From: Asterionella formosa
Taxonomy: Eukaryota
Assembly (NCBI GenBank): GCA_002256025.1
Contig: NKIB01002172.1
Span: 1-64,000 of the forward strand
Direction of reading: 5' to 3'
DNA length: 64,000 nt
Shown here: one piece after another, positions 32,601 through 43,042 of the stretch
Layout: each line of letters opens with the position of its first letter
Position numbering within the stretch: the stretch's first letter is position 1
The notes under the pieces: model-generated
Databases searched by the model: none
What the model saw: only the letters and a program-made list of their open reading frames with translations
Told to the model about the DNA's origin: nothing
Program-made: the position numbers and the translations under genes

Positions 32601-35036
32601 TCTGATCCCAGTTGCCTTATTATGGGATTCCCTGTTTTGGACCCTGACGTTGACAAACGAAGTGGAAATCTCTACGGATGCCGTTTCCGTTGTCTCAATG
32701 CGCCCGACGCTGCTGCCTTGGTGAGTCAACTTCTACACTTGGTCGAAGCAGCGAAGTCGAAACTCTTGAAAGCATCTGGCGAAGCCCACAAGAATGAGTG
32801 TATCTATATCGTTGGAATTTTCCACAGTATCTTCCAGTATCTCTCTAGTCGCAGCAGCGAATTCACTGAACGTGATTTTAATTCATTGAAAAGCCAAAGA
32901 TTCATTCCAATTTCAGCACAGGCTAGCATTGCTTGGTATGACCCTTCGGATGTTTACTTCAAGAGTTCTGAAAGAGGGGATTCTTTGACCCAAGAGCTGT
33001 TCTGTGTGGTTGAGTTCAGTCCGTTCTTGGCTGCCGCTGGAGTCAGATCTGAGGCGACAACCCACGATCTCTTCAGAGTGATGCTTACAAATCCAGAAAA
33101 AATTCTTAAGACTCTTGGAAGTGAAGCAAAATACCGCACTTTGCTTCGACGCATTGCAGCCAATCCTCCATTTCGTGATGTCACGCCTCAGATCCAGAAC
33201 GCCCCGTTTCTTCTCGGGTACAAAATCAACGAATCTGAGGATGGCACAGAAGAGAAACAAAGCTACCTATTGGCAAAAGCGGGCGACATTTACATCATCG
33301 ACAACAGTTTCTTCGGTCGAATGTTTCCAGTGGTACGTGCTCCACATGAGTCCGACCTGGAGAACTTCTATGTCCAGCTTGGATCTACGTACATTTCGAA
33401 GGGGGTTCGAAAAAGTTTTGATATTATTGGTGGCACGAGAGCTGGAACGAATCTTTCAGTGCAGTTGGAAGGAAGAATCCACGAGCGCAGCCCGCTTTTG
33501 GTCTCTCCTAGTGTGACGTCACGGCCTCTGGTGAAGAATGCAAGTAGCCTACTCGACGATGGAAAGCTATCTATTTTCGAAGTTGACAATCTCAAAGCTG
33601 TTTACTCCCTCGGCAGCTGTGTGAGAAATCAGCGAGTCACAAGTTGTGCCAAAGCTCTGGGTGGTATGAGAAATGCACTCTATATTACCGCAGAATTCGA
33701 TTGGTTTGATGTTGGCTATGCAATCGGCGGTTTAATTCTTCAGCGCTGTCAACTGGAAGATGCCTTCTTTATTGGTTCCTTGTTGGAGGCTCCTTTGGAA
33801 CAGCTCAGATCTAGAGGTTTTCCAGTTGATCGTATCCTTTCTCCACCAGAGCCAGAACCTACTCCGCCACCCCTCTTGGTTCCAGTAGCCCCTGCTGCGC
33901 CAATGACAACATCAACGCCGCCAAACACTAGCAGTAGTTCGACTGCACAGGACACACAAAAGAAGGCACAAAGGGAGGGAGTCGATGAAATCTTACAGCA
34001 AATGTTCCCTGATTGTGAAGACGGGTATATTCAAAAGCGTCTTGGAACGAAGTCTACGATGGACGATGTTAGAAGTCTTGCAGAGGAAATGTCCACAGGG
34101 AAATACCCCAAGAAGCAGTCCAAACCTGATGATGGTAAACTGACTGTTGAGCCCATGAATGGCGCGTCACCTAGCTTCGATAAACAGCCAAAATCCGAAA
34201 AGAAGGCATCGTTTGGGAGACGAATCGGCAAAGCTCTCAGCGGCATAAAACACAATGCTGTTGGTGTAGCAGGTGGCCTAGCTGGAGCAACAGCTGGTGG
34301 CGCTATCCATGCAGCTCCACAACCGAATGTTCCTCACTCATCACCAAGTAACAATGGCCGACCAGTCGCCCCTGAGGTTGACAACTTGGCACAAACTAAC
34401 TTGGAAGCTATGCTTAAGAACCAAGTAGGAAATTCCACCAATGTGAATGCAAGAGGCCATACCTCAGAGGAGAGAATCATGACTGACATTCCTGATGGAT
34501 TGAATCGCCATGAGGGAGGATGTGAAGTAATTCCTGGCCAGTCCTTGAAACCTTTCAATGGCCCATATCGGAGTGGCATGAGTCACAATGGCATTCGAGT
34601 GTTCTCATCCAAGCACCACCCATCGTCAGAAACTTTCTTGCAAGAAAATTTTCACTGTGTGGATACCTTTGCTGATGTCCTTCATCAATTATGTGGCATT
34701 TACGACCTCAATCTGAGTAGCATAGCTATATTCCATGATCCAACTGGTGGAACTATTGCCTTCAATGCTGGAAAGGCACTTCATTTCAATGTTCGCTTTT
34801 TCTTTTCTCTCCATTACAGCCAGAACAAGCAAGATTGCAGAGACTGTTATGCTTATTGGTACACCACAATGGCACATGAACTTGCTCACCATCTTGTCAG
34901 TGCACACAATAAGGAACATGGTTACTACACTGAGTGCTATGTCGCCTTGTACCTTCCAAAGCTTGTAACGCTGCTGACAGTGCAGCAAACAAAGATCCCA
35001 ACAAGCGGATTGATGGCGAGCAAGTTTGCCAAGTAG
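29649..35036 (+). CDS. Large GHKL (Hsp90/sacsin-like) ATPase protein with CUE-like domain and C-terminal HEXXH metalloprotease-like domain (DUF3684-like family)
   Basis: 1795 aa, intronless; YRELLQNSNDA, RNDG and VGAFGVGAY Bergerat-fold boxes; EILQQMFPDCEDGYI (CUE MFP motif); TTMAHELAHHLVSAHNKEH. Confidence 0.8.
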   Translation: MNYIDIRDNINSTGADSRVEVNQRALIDKILARYASANAVYRELLQNSNDANAKQGEIYFTVDEGNVVEQVMYRNDGMPFRPQDWSRLKKIAEGNPDPRKVGAFGVGAYTMFSICEEPLVISGTEALAFVWKGDALWCKVAKHNKATTEWTSFILPSRDPYPVPDLCEFGEFLCASLTFTQSLTSLKVFVNGKLRLTIAKTTIQEPTIVEAPKSTSWWRNDGAVTTTPQGIFSLKNSILESRQLVKVTLDGESSEIQARYVSGQAKTKIPLDMVRRMERVTKKQPPSEVTVQIFIAGEERLKPTTRASRITASFLPEMGHGRVFIGFRTSQTTGLAAHLAAPLVPTVEREAIDLQDATLKVYNTELLEFAGMLMRLTLEHGMSQIGQEWVAGSVEREKLEAKLLKEAEEQSKKKQPLIKPVVPEVQKDEKESSGGFLSFAKFMAKGVTKQIVNVLSTVDSLLVEDFLLNPRDPLPLTEEERHAILLMRSFCPQQSTPDTHVGIALAQGFSRCLPNIPPPVLTKSGVIRGDQARLPQHGMEYFIKHNVVRNVVFMNAEEYHQLLGGCRRLNLEDLLSYLSDQILNEEDVVRMIQWWPRFVRTDTRAAGRGGLLKERIRFYPKAAAGNDVIKVTTLDSYIYYVDDKKIPKGLPLPETSLPPELQEEIGIRVLTDSALAGWFLDMSIDVWADFISNHQCIISGRPEDEKLRLSVLTALCKEYYRRTQHDRLQFGLFMQRLLSDKRCLPFDSSEPSQFATERPVDLYLNSTELKAFDGIGSFNKVSLSLKDAGVTDDFLLILGVRKSVAIDFLFSNLENLRWSDDPKPMIEYLRSASLTAADMDKLKTSQYLPAENDVSRTFSPQELYLPNSDLRIFTFVKLLQWPSQDDLTERSGNGQFLIRLGCLTHPPLSTMLQYLAEKVDDEQIRIRALDYIVKNLGPNGVYESNYSRLKSNTLLQLRFLPCLLKDPLVSASQKREIHSPLSCYSDPSCLIMGFPVLDPDVDKRSGNLYGCRFRCLNAPDAAALVSQLLHLVEAAKSKLLKASGEAHKNECIYIVGIFHSIFQYLSSRSSEFTERDFNSLKSQRFIPISAQASIAWYDPSDVYFKSSERGDSLTQELFCVVEFSPFLAAAGVRSEATTHDLFRVMLTNPEKILKTLGSEAKYRTLLRRIAANPPFRDVTPQIQNAPFLLGYKINESEDGTEEKQSYLLAKAGDIYIIDNSFFGRMFPVVRAPHESDLENFYVQLGSTYISKGVRKSFDIIGGTRAGTNLSVQLEGRIHERSPLLVSPSVTSRPLVKNASSLLDDGKLSIFEVDNLKAVYSLGSCVRNQRVTSCAKALGGMRNALYITAEFDWFDVGYAIGGLILQRCQLEDAFFIGSLLEAPLEQLRSRGFPVDRILSPPEPEPTPPPLLVPVAPAAPMTTSTPPNTSSSSTAQDTQKKAQREGVDEILQQMFPDCEDGYIQKRLGTKSTMDDVRSLAEEMSTGKYPKKQSKPDDGKLTVEPMNGASPSFDKQPKSEKKASFGRRIGKALSGIKHNAVGVAGGLAGATAGGAIHAAPQPNVPHSSPSNNGRPVAPEVDNLAQTNLEAMLKNQVGNSTNVNARGHTSEERIMTDIPDGLNRHEGGCEVIPGQSLKPFNGPYRSGMSHNGIRVFSSKHHPSSETFLQENFHCVDTFADVLHQLCGIYDLNLSSIAIFHDPTGGTIAFNAGKALHFNVRFFFSLHYSQNKQDCRDCYAYWYTTMAHELAHHLVSAHNKEHGYYTECYVALYLPKLVTLLTVQQTKIPTSGLMASKFAK

Positions 35037-37926
35037 AGCAGGCTTGGTTAAAGTCTGCCCTTCATTTGTTGATGGAAAGCAAAAGTCATTTGTGCTTGTA
35101 AATGAAATGTAGATAGATGAAACAAGGAAAAAGTTCTCATCAAATTGGTGAACATGCTAGCTTCCCCAATGTCCATTCACCTTTGTTTATATTTTCAGAT
35201 TGTGGGACCTATAGCAATACAAGTGGTAGGGATTATTGCTGACTTCAAACATCCACATTATAGCTATTTTGGATGGGGAATGTGAAGGTTAGAGCATTGT
35301 TGGTCACAAAATCATAGCTATGGACTGGATTGTCTTCAAACTGTGCATTGCCACATCAAGAAGGTTGCTATTGAGAGTGAGACTTAACCTCACAGCAAGA
35401 AGTTTGCATCATTGTAAACAAATTCTGCCTTTTCCAGGAACCAATGTTTGGAACCTATCTTGAACCGAGCATGTCTTGAGGCAGAGAGATTTTCTCCTCT
35501 CATGCAGAGTTTGCATTGTTGCTGGTAGAATTGTCTCACCCTACCATCATATTCATGCCTGTCATGATGTATTATGTATTTCCTTTTATGCCACTCTTTG
35601 GATGTGAGAAGCTTTTTGTCTGTTTGAGTTGCTTGTTTCACTGGTAGTTAACTTAAATCATCACAATTGAGTGTTGTGATTATTGCTATTGCCATTTCAT
35701 CAATGTTATGCATCTCTGCCTCCTTTTGAAGGCACTTTCTTTCACTCTTGAGGATTACTGGTATTAGTTGCATGATTGCCTGATGGTGCATCTTAGCTAC
35801 TAGTTCATTGCTGAAGGCAATACACGCCCAAGGTGGTCTCATGCCTACTAGTATACATGTGTTTGAGGCTGGGTGGCGCAGGTAGGTTGACCATACAAGT
35901 GGCTCCCCCAGCACTGCAAGAAGGTCAGTCTATGAGTGCCATCTCAGCCAAGTACACATATGTACGAGAAGGCATGGAGCCATTGAGAATGGAGCGAGCG
36001 TATTCCTGAGGCAATTGACAAACAAGCTATTGTCACGCCATTCCCTTACCTACTGCCCACTCATTGAGTGTAAATGTCAATTTTAGCTCACTATAGCCCA
36101 TCATATAAAATATATTTCGTATATTTCCTATCTTCACATCGAAATTTGCAATGGGTCCAATATTGCCCATCATTAAAATATAGTTTGTATATTTCCTATA
36201 TTCACATTTTGGCATTACAATTTCTAGCAATTGCCCCTTGTTGGTTTTCCAGCCCATTGCCAAAATTGGCAAGGGGTCTACTTAAGGAAACCATTTTAAT
36301 TACTCCACAGATTTTATTAATTTATATCTAGAATTCACCTCGATTTTGTTTGTCATCCTGAAAAGCGGACTCCGGCAATTCACCTTTCACCATGCCGATC
36401 ATTGTCCATCATGACCGGTTTGAAGCAAAATCAGTTCAGTGATGATGCCAGTATCGAGTAGTGGTCTAACGGATGCGGTTGGTTGTTGGATTGCTCATCT
36501 TCGTGAGGGATTCATGTAGTCGCATCCATCGTCCATATTTCGTTGGACAAATGATGATATTGGTGGCAAGGTTTTGCTCTGGTCATGCATGTGATGATGC
36601 TTAACGGATGTTCTACTGGTACTGGTAGTCATCTAGCCTGCATACATACATGGTACTTAAAACAACTATGCATGGTTTAAGCCAAATTTTAATGCTTACT
36701 TTGACCATGTTGTACTAATATTATCGCTGTAGACTCGGTATTATCTTTATGAGACCAGAATGTTAAATTGTATTGTTCACATATATTGATTGATTTTACG
36801 TACTGTATGCCCGATTTCGTCCTAACAATTATCCTTCTCACTCAATCCTGTCTGCCGTTGCACTCAGTTTGGGCTTGGCTGCATCAGGAACTTTCGACTT
36901 TCTTTTGAGTTCATTGTCTGCTGTGTGTTACGTTTGTTAAAGCGGACAATTGGTGAGTACAACAGCGAAACACTGAATGTGATTGTAGATAGTAATTGTT
37001 GAATGTCCGATTTGATGGCTTCCATGGTCTGTTTTGATCGCTTCCATCGTTGTTTGTCGTTCTGCACTGTCGTTTTGTTTCGATTGTATCTATCTACATA
37101 GTATACATGTGCTGACTACTCTTTGACGACGTTTTGTTGTTGATTTGTATAGTCGTTTACGATGACATCAATATTGCCGCCAAGCAATGCTTTCTTGTAC
37201 TAACGCGCTTTGCTTTCTTATCACAAGATAGATAAACACTCAGCAGCTAGAGGGTGTCGATAGTTCCGGAGCTTCCTGACGATCACGATCAATCAAAACA
37301 GATTGGAATGAAATGATCAGGGCTGCTGTTTGATGGGAGGAAGGACTGCAAGCAACTCCTGATCACTCAATAACAATATTTTTATATTTTTGATTAAGGC
37401 ATTACAGGTATGCTACTTAGTATTAAGAGGTCCGGATAAAGCAGCACACCCAGCCGGCTTTTATTCATATGTACTGGTACGGTCGAACGGAGTACATACA
37501 GTCATTGAAGAAAACCTCAAGCATTTCATCCACCGACCTCCCGGCATTTACGTAGAATCCAGTTATGGTGTCAAAATGACTTACCGGAGTACCGGAGTTC
37601 CGGTACCAGGCACCAGTACCATTTTTACATCATACTAGTGACAGTATGATTGGTACGTTGTTTAAACATCCTGAATTGATTTTCGTATTCAGGGCTGAGT
37701 ATTTATTAATCTTATCCTTGAAAGAAAATAGTCTTCGACACAACAAGCATAAAAAGCGACATTGAATAAATCTACCGGTACCAGGGGGGGGTACACTAAA
37801 TTCAATCAGAGAGGTCATTCTATTGCATATTCAGATGCAACTGTGACAATATATATATGCATATATTTTATGAAATTATTATTCGGCCTGTTGCGCTCGT
37901 CCACATTGAATTGAGTTGAATAAAAA

Positions 37927-39687
37927 ATGTCAGAATCTGCGATGAAAGCTCATCTGCGAAGGAATTCAACGACTGCTGCAAGCGCTTGCTGTGCGTTTCT
38001 CCTATTGGGCGCCCTTTGTGTAGTCTACAATGGTTCGATGCCCTCCCAGCGATTGTCGCTTCGCAACCGTCGGCTGCAAGCATGGGGTGCACAACAGGGG
38101 CCCTTCGGCGATCCTAAAACAGTTGAAATGAAGCCCTTTTTTAGCAGTGGGCCGCCAAATCAAGGTGGATTGGAGCAACGAAATCCGCCTCCTCAAGGTG
38201 GCTGGGATCAAGGTCCACTCACCACACAGCAAGATCAACATGCCGGTATGGGAGGTACTCCTGATGCACAAGGGGGCGGAGGATCGCAGCAAAATGGAAG
38301 CCCTCCTGCTGGCGATCAAGTCGGTCTGTGGGGAGAACCTATCCAAAATGGCGGTGGAACGCTTCGTCAACAACAAGGTGGATTCGGAGATCCTCTATCG
38401 CAACAAGGTAGTTCAGGAGTAGCTCCATCAGATCAACAGCAGGGCGGTAGATTTCCCCCTCAGCAACAAGGTGGATTCGGAGACCCTCTGTCGCAACAAG
38501 GTGATCTACCTCCATCAAGTCAGCAGCAGGGTGGAGGGTTTCCCCCTCATCAACAAGGAGGTTTACAAGGACCGCCTCCAGATCAGCAACAGAGTGAATT
38601 GTTTCCGCGTCAGCAGCAAGATAGATTTGGAGGTCCTCCACATAATGTTGTTGACCCATCTAATGGAGGGAATTTTGGGAATCAAGTTAATGCTATCCAA
38701 CAGCAGCAGGCACATCCAATACAGCCAGGCATGCCAATTGACCCCAATTCTCCTTCTTATGTTCAACTCTGCACTGAATTTCTCAATCGACGCGAGTACA
38801 ATGATGGCTACCAACCTTCGGAAATATTCATTGTCCGCGAACCGAAGGAATTCTGCTCTTCCCCCGACACTTTCGTCTCCCTCATGACCATGATAGTTTC
38901 GTCCATGGTGGCGCAAGCCAGTAGTATGTGGCGCTTATCCTATCAGCATGGATGTGAAACAACAACCGATCTTACCACAGCAACTATACAGCAGATGATG
39001 CCAAATGACTTGACCCTTGCCATGGGAGCTGGGATTGAAGCTGTCACGAACATTTGCAAAAAAGCCCTCCAAGATCCAGTTGCCCTTAAACACGACGGTC
39101 ATTATGCTTTTGGTTTCCCCAAAGAGGGCCTGTACAATGTGGATCCAGCTTTGAATGCCAATCGAGTAACTGCTTTCCGGCATAATATCTATTTCGCAGT
39201 GAACAAGGTGAATCGATTAGAGAATCTCCTCCACATTCCACCCGTCAATCTTGGAGCTGTAATTTACATGGATTTACAATCTTTGAATGTGCCCAAGCTC
39301 CCGAGACAACCAGTCGAATATTATACCTCAAAACTCCCTTCCACCGTGCCTGCTATTGCCTTGGTCGTTTCGCCGGCGTGTCAACAGGTGGTGGACTGTG
39401 TTAACTACGTTAACAACCTACAGGGTTTGCTCACGAAGATATATTCTTCAATTCCAGTCACGGTGGAAGCAGTTCCCTCTACATCGGTGGCCATGGCTCG
39501 CCTCATGGATGCGCCCCTCTTGGTATGCCCTCCAACCATGATGTGCCTGTTACCAGCCTTGTGGAGGCCGGTGCAGCAACCGACCTATTTGAGCCACTCC
39601 CCGGAATTGTATCCATGGTTTCAATACATGGTGCGAGAGGCGAAGAAATCATTTCATTTGCCGCTGCAATATGAAAAGAAGGAATAG
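37927..39687 (+). CDS. Uncharacterised type II membrane/secreted protein with Q/G/P-rich repeat stalk and Cys-containing C-terminal domain
   Basis: 586-aa ORF; hydrophobic CCAFLLLGALCVVY, RRLQ motif, repeated QQQGGFGDPLSQQG and QQQGG.FPP.QQGG. Confidence 0.75.
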   Translation: MSESAMKAHLRRNSTTAASACCAFLLLGALCVVYNGSMPSQRLSLRNRRLQAWGAQQGPFGDPKTVEMKPFFSSGPPNQGGLEQRNPPPQGGWDQGPLTTQQDQHAGMGGTPDAQGGGGSQQNGSPPAGDQVGLWGEPIQNGGGTLRQQQGGFGDPLSQQGSSGVAPSDQQQGGRFPPQQQGGFGDPLSQQGDLPPSSQQQGGGFPPHQQGGLQGPPPDQQQSELFPRQQQDRFGGPPHNVVDPSNGGNFGNQVNAIQQQQAHPIQPGMPIDPNSPSYVQLCTEFLNRREYNDGYQPSEIFIVREPKEFCSSPDTFVSLMTMIVSSMVAQASSMWRLSYQHGCETTTDLTTATIQQMMPNDLTLAMGAGIEAVTNICKKALQDPVALKHDGHYAFGFPKEGLYNVDPALNANRVTAFRHNIYFAVNKVNRLENLLHIPPVNLGAVIYMDLQSLNVPKLPRQPVEYYTSKLPSTVPAIALVVSPACQQVVDCVNYVNNLQGLLTKIYSSIPVTVEAVPSTSVAMARLMDAPLLVCPPTMMCLLPALWRPVQQPTYLSHSPELYPWFQYMVREAKKSFHLPLQYEKKE

Positions 39688-39935
39688 AATATGGGACGGT
39701 GATGCAGTACGATAGCACTATATATGTACCCTCTACATGTAAGATCGACAATAGAATGGTGGTTGGGATCTTTTGCTAGGCTATCATTGCACAACCTTTT
39801 CGGAATGCACGTTGAATTGATGGCGAACAAAGCACAAACACTTCGGGATGTACTCCGTACCAGGTAGGAGCACTGTAACGTAGCACTTGCTCCATTGGTC
39901 TACGTAGTATGTAGAGACGACGAGAGCAAATGCTG

Positions 39936-40556
39936 TCAACTCTTGACCAATTTGTAAAAAATATTCATTTCCTCTGTTGACAATATCAACCACCACCCAT
40001 CATCAATAGTGCAATCTTCAACAGGTTGAATCGAAATATCAACCGACCCCGTACGCGGGGCTAACTCACCCTTGACGGGATTTATATAAAATGGACTTTC
40101 TGTAAGAGTGGCATGCTGAACTTGGGCATAATAGGCCCCCCAGGTGGGTTCTTCATTTTCTAGGTGAAGCGATACAAACTCGCCATCTCCGAATTCCAAT
40201 ACTTCGTAGCTATCGTCGGTGGGCAAAGAAATGTTCATGGCCCACTCTGGCATAGGCACGTTCAATTCTTCGGACGAGCTGCCACCATACAACTCTTCCA
40301 AAAACTGTTGTGATTCCATCGAAATGCCATTGCTAGCTTGTTCATTGAATTGATACTTGCCACCATGCAGTCCCTTGACGTAGTCTCCAACTTGACTAAC
40401 GGTACCACTATCGTCGTGGTCGTCATCGTCATGCGAGTGTCCCAAAAACGATCCATGGAATCGAGCTTCATGCCGAAGCAGTCGTATGCAGAAGGAAGTG
40501 CATGGCTTGGCTACTTGTAATGAAAGTAGCAACGAGATGAGGAAACCCATAGTCAT
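39936..40556 (-). CDS. Hypothetical protein, probably plastid-targeted or secreted
   Basis: ATG at 40556; signal peptide MTMGFLISLLLSLQVAKPCTS followed by F; GDYVKGLHGGKYQF block; gene-like composition. Confidence 0.65.
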   Translation of the reverse strand: MTMGFLISLLLSLQVAKPCTSFCIRLLRHEARFHGSFLGHSHDDDDHDDSGTVSQVGDYVKGLHGGKYQFNEQASNGISMESQQFLEELYGGSSSEELNVPMPEWAMNISLPTDDSYEVLEFGDGEFVSLHLENEEPTWGAYYAQVQHATLTESPFYINPVKGELAPRTGSVDISIQPVEDCTIDDGWWLILSTEEMNIFYKLVKS

Positions 40557-43042
40557 GGTTTTGCGATTGTGTTGACATGCCAACAAAACAGGATCACAAA
40601 CCTACCCTACATGAAACGTATAGAGATTCCTGATTCCAGATCAGGCTATGAGAGTGTCAATATATTTTCCTCCCTCGTGACCTGATTCGGAACATGTACC
40701 ACAATCCACTAGATGATTGATTCAAGGACACATAGTTAAAAATTGCGTGTAAAATGCCACAGTTTAGAGAGGAACTTTCAGGAGAAATCCTTCCTAACCT
40801 TTTAAATGGACTCTAGAAGGCGATCAGACCTAGAGGCCAAATCAATACTCTTTGACGGGACAATTACAAAGGATATGTCCGCAAAATCAAGGAACATTAA
40901 AGAAGCAAACTAGAAACGATCTAGTTATGATAAACAGGATCATTCTGTAAGCAGCCAGTCTTTGATCAAACAGCATCTGGCCTAAGTTGAGACAGGTCAA
41001 GATTAGACAAATGTGTATTTAAATTGTGTAGAAACATTTTTTCTAGCAACTTTTACTGCATGAGAGCTACAGATTCGTCGGTTTCGCTCTACTGCCTTGA
41101 TTTCTTTGCTTCTAGCAGTGCCACCAGCATGACAAGTGCTTTGCAAGTAATAAATTAGATTGTACAAAATGAATTTACAACTATTTAGAAACTATTTGCA
41201 TTTCTTTGTTTGACTTAATTTATTTATAGAAATGACTTGATTGCTGGGAAAAATATTTCTAGTTTCTATAAAGTAATTATTCGATCAGATGTACAAAAAT
41301 GATGACAGTTAGCCCGAAAAATATTGTGGGTTTCTTAAGTAAATTATGGCAGTTGTCGAAGTTATTTTGGTTCAATCCTATCATAAATAAAATGGAATTC
41401 ACTTTTAACATGCTTTCTAAGACCACGGAGTTACACGTGGAATTTCATAACATGGCCTCCCAACAAGTCCATGTGCTTCCCTAGTTTTGTTAGTGTAGGT
41501 GAGTCCCCAACCATCTTTCACAAAAGGTGATTGTCTTGGCCACAGCATTAGGAGAAACTCCGACTGCCAAGAAAGGCGGCACAAGCTGCTTGTAGCAGGG
41601 GCAAGACTGTGGTGCGGAACAGTGAAGAGGCAGTGTGGGAGTTGAACCCAGCAATTACTTAAAAAAAATTGCGGGAATCGAAGCACACAACCTCAGATCA
41701 AATGCAATGTGCCCAATTTTAGTTTTTGTAGTACAGTATTTTGGCCACCAAGTAAGGTAATTGTCAATTCTTGTGTTCTCAACAAATGGTGACCCATTAA
41801 ACCTTTATGAGGAAATCCGACCTGATGCTTGACGATACCATGAACCCAACAACTTGAATTCCATCAGAGACCTTTCGACTTTTGATTGATCCCATTATTT
41901 TCTGCTTTTGTTATACTAGTTCTAAACCAAAAAAATTTTTCTTTAGTTCTCACATGACACTTCCTCTTACATTGCATATCATACTTCGGTTACCTCAAAC
42001 ATCATGTTGCTCATAATTTTTGACAATCAAAAACGGTCCAATTCCTTTTTACTTCTCTCAACTAAAATCAGTCATTGCGTTGTACACTGAGGGGAACTAC
42101 AGGACACCAGGTTTTGCGGTACCAGGTATCCTTATAGAACATTTTATGTCTCTGCTGCCTATAGGATGTCTTGACGCCCGATCGATGTTGTGTTCCGTTG
42201 TTGAGATAAACGACCACGAAAATGTTGAGTGAGGCACATCGGAAGAAAATAAAATTACCTTGTTTAGCTGGGCCGACATTTTATCTTCATACACGCTATA
42301 TACTTCCAATTGTTAAAATGATTCATTTATCTAGTACTTGCATGCATTAGTCGACCTCTATTCAAAGGGTTTTAATTGAGGTCCGCTGAACATTTTTCTA
42401 ATTTTAGTCCGAAAACGGGGTGCCAGTAACCAGGTACCTGGCACCACCTGGGTAGCAGTATAACTACTGGTAGGCAGCCGCCTCCCATAAAAATCCCTTC
42501 ACTCAAGTTCGGGCCCATACACGTACTTTTTGGTAATTTTCGTGGTGTCCTCACAAAACTGATGTTCATTTTCACCATTGAAAATGACTACCGATACCCT
42601 GGAACCGGTTTACCAGAGGCATGCTCCAATATTCCTCTGGTACATTGAAAGACGGTGCAGGTTGTGATATAGAGCCTATGATCTCGATATTGATTGCAAA
42701 AGCTTGATCGAATTGCTTGTTCGGATCACAGTTTTGAAAGAACTTCCAGGGACGGCATGTACATTATAGAATGTCGACATGATGGTCTGTTGCCATAATT
42801 GACATCTCCTCAATTGTGAGGTATGAAATGCCATATCTGAAGCGGACTATCATGAAACGCTATTCACACTTCGCAGCCAGGTAATGACAAACGAGTCTCC
42901 ATCGTTTATGATTGACTCGTACTTAGAACTATTTACACTTTCGATGCATTATATACCTATATTTTTCATAAATCTCGACTCGCAACATCTTCGACAACTG
43001 CGTTTCGGATGGCACTCATATATCCAATCTTCCTTACTTCCT

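Noticed and set aside
35100..36330. Short ORFs downstream of the GHKL gene
   Set aside because: CpG-poor, stop-riddled and without recognisable domains
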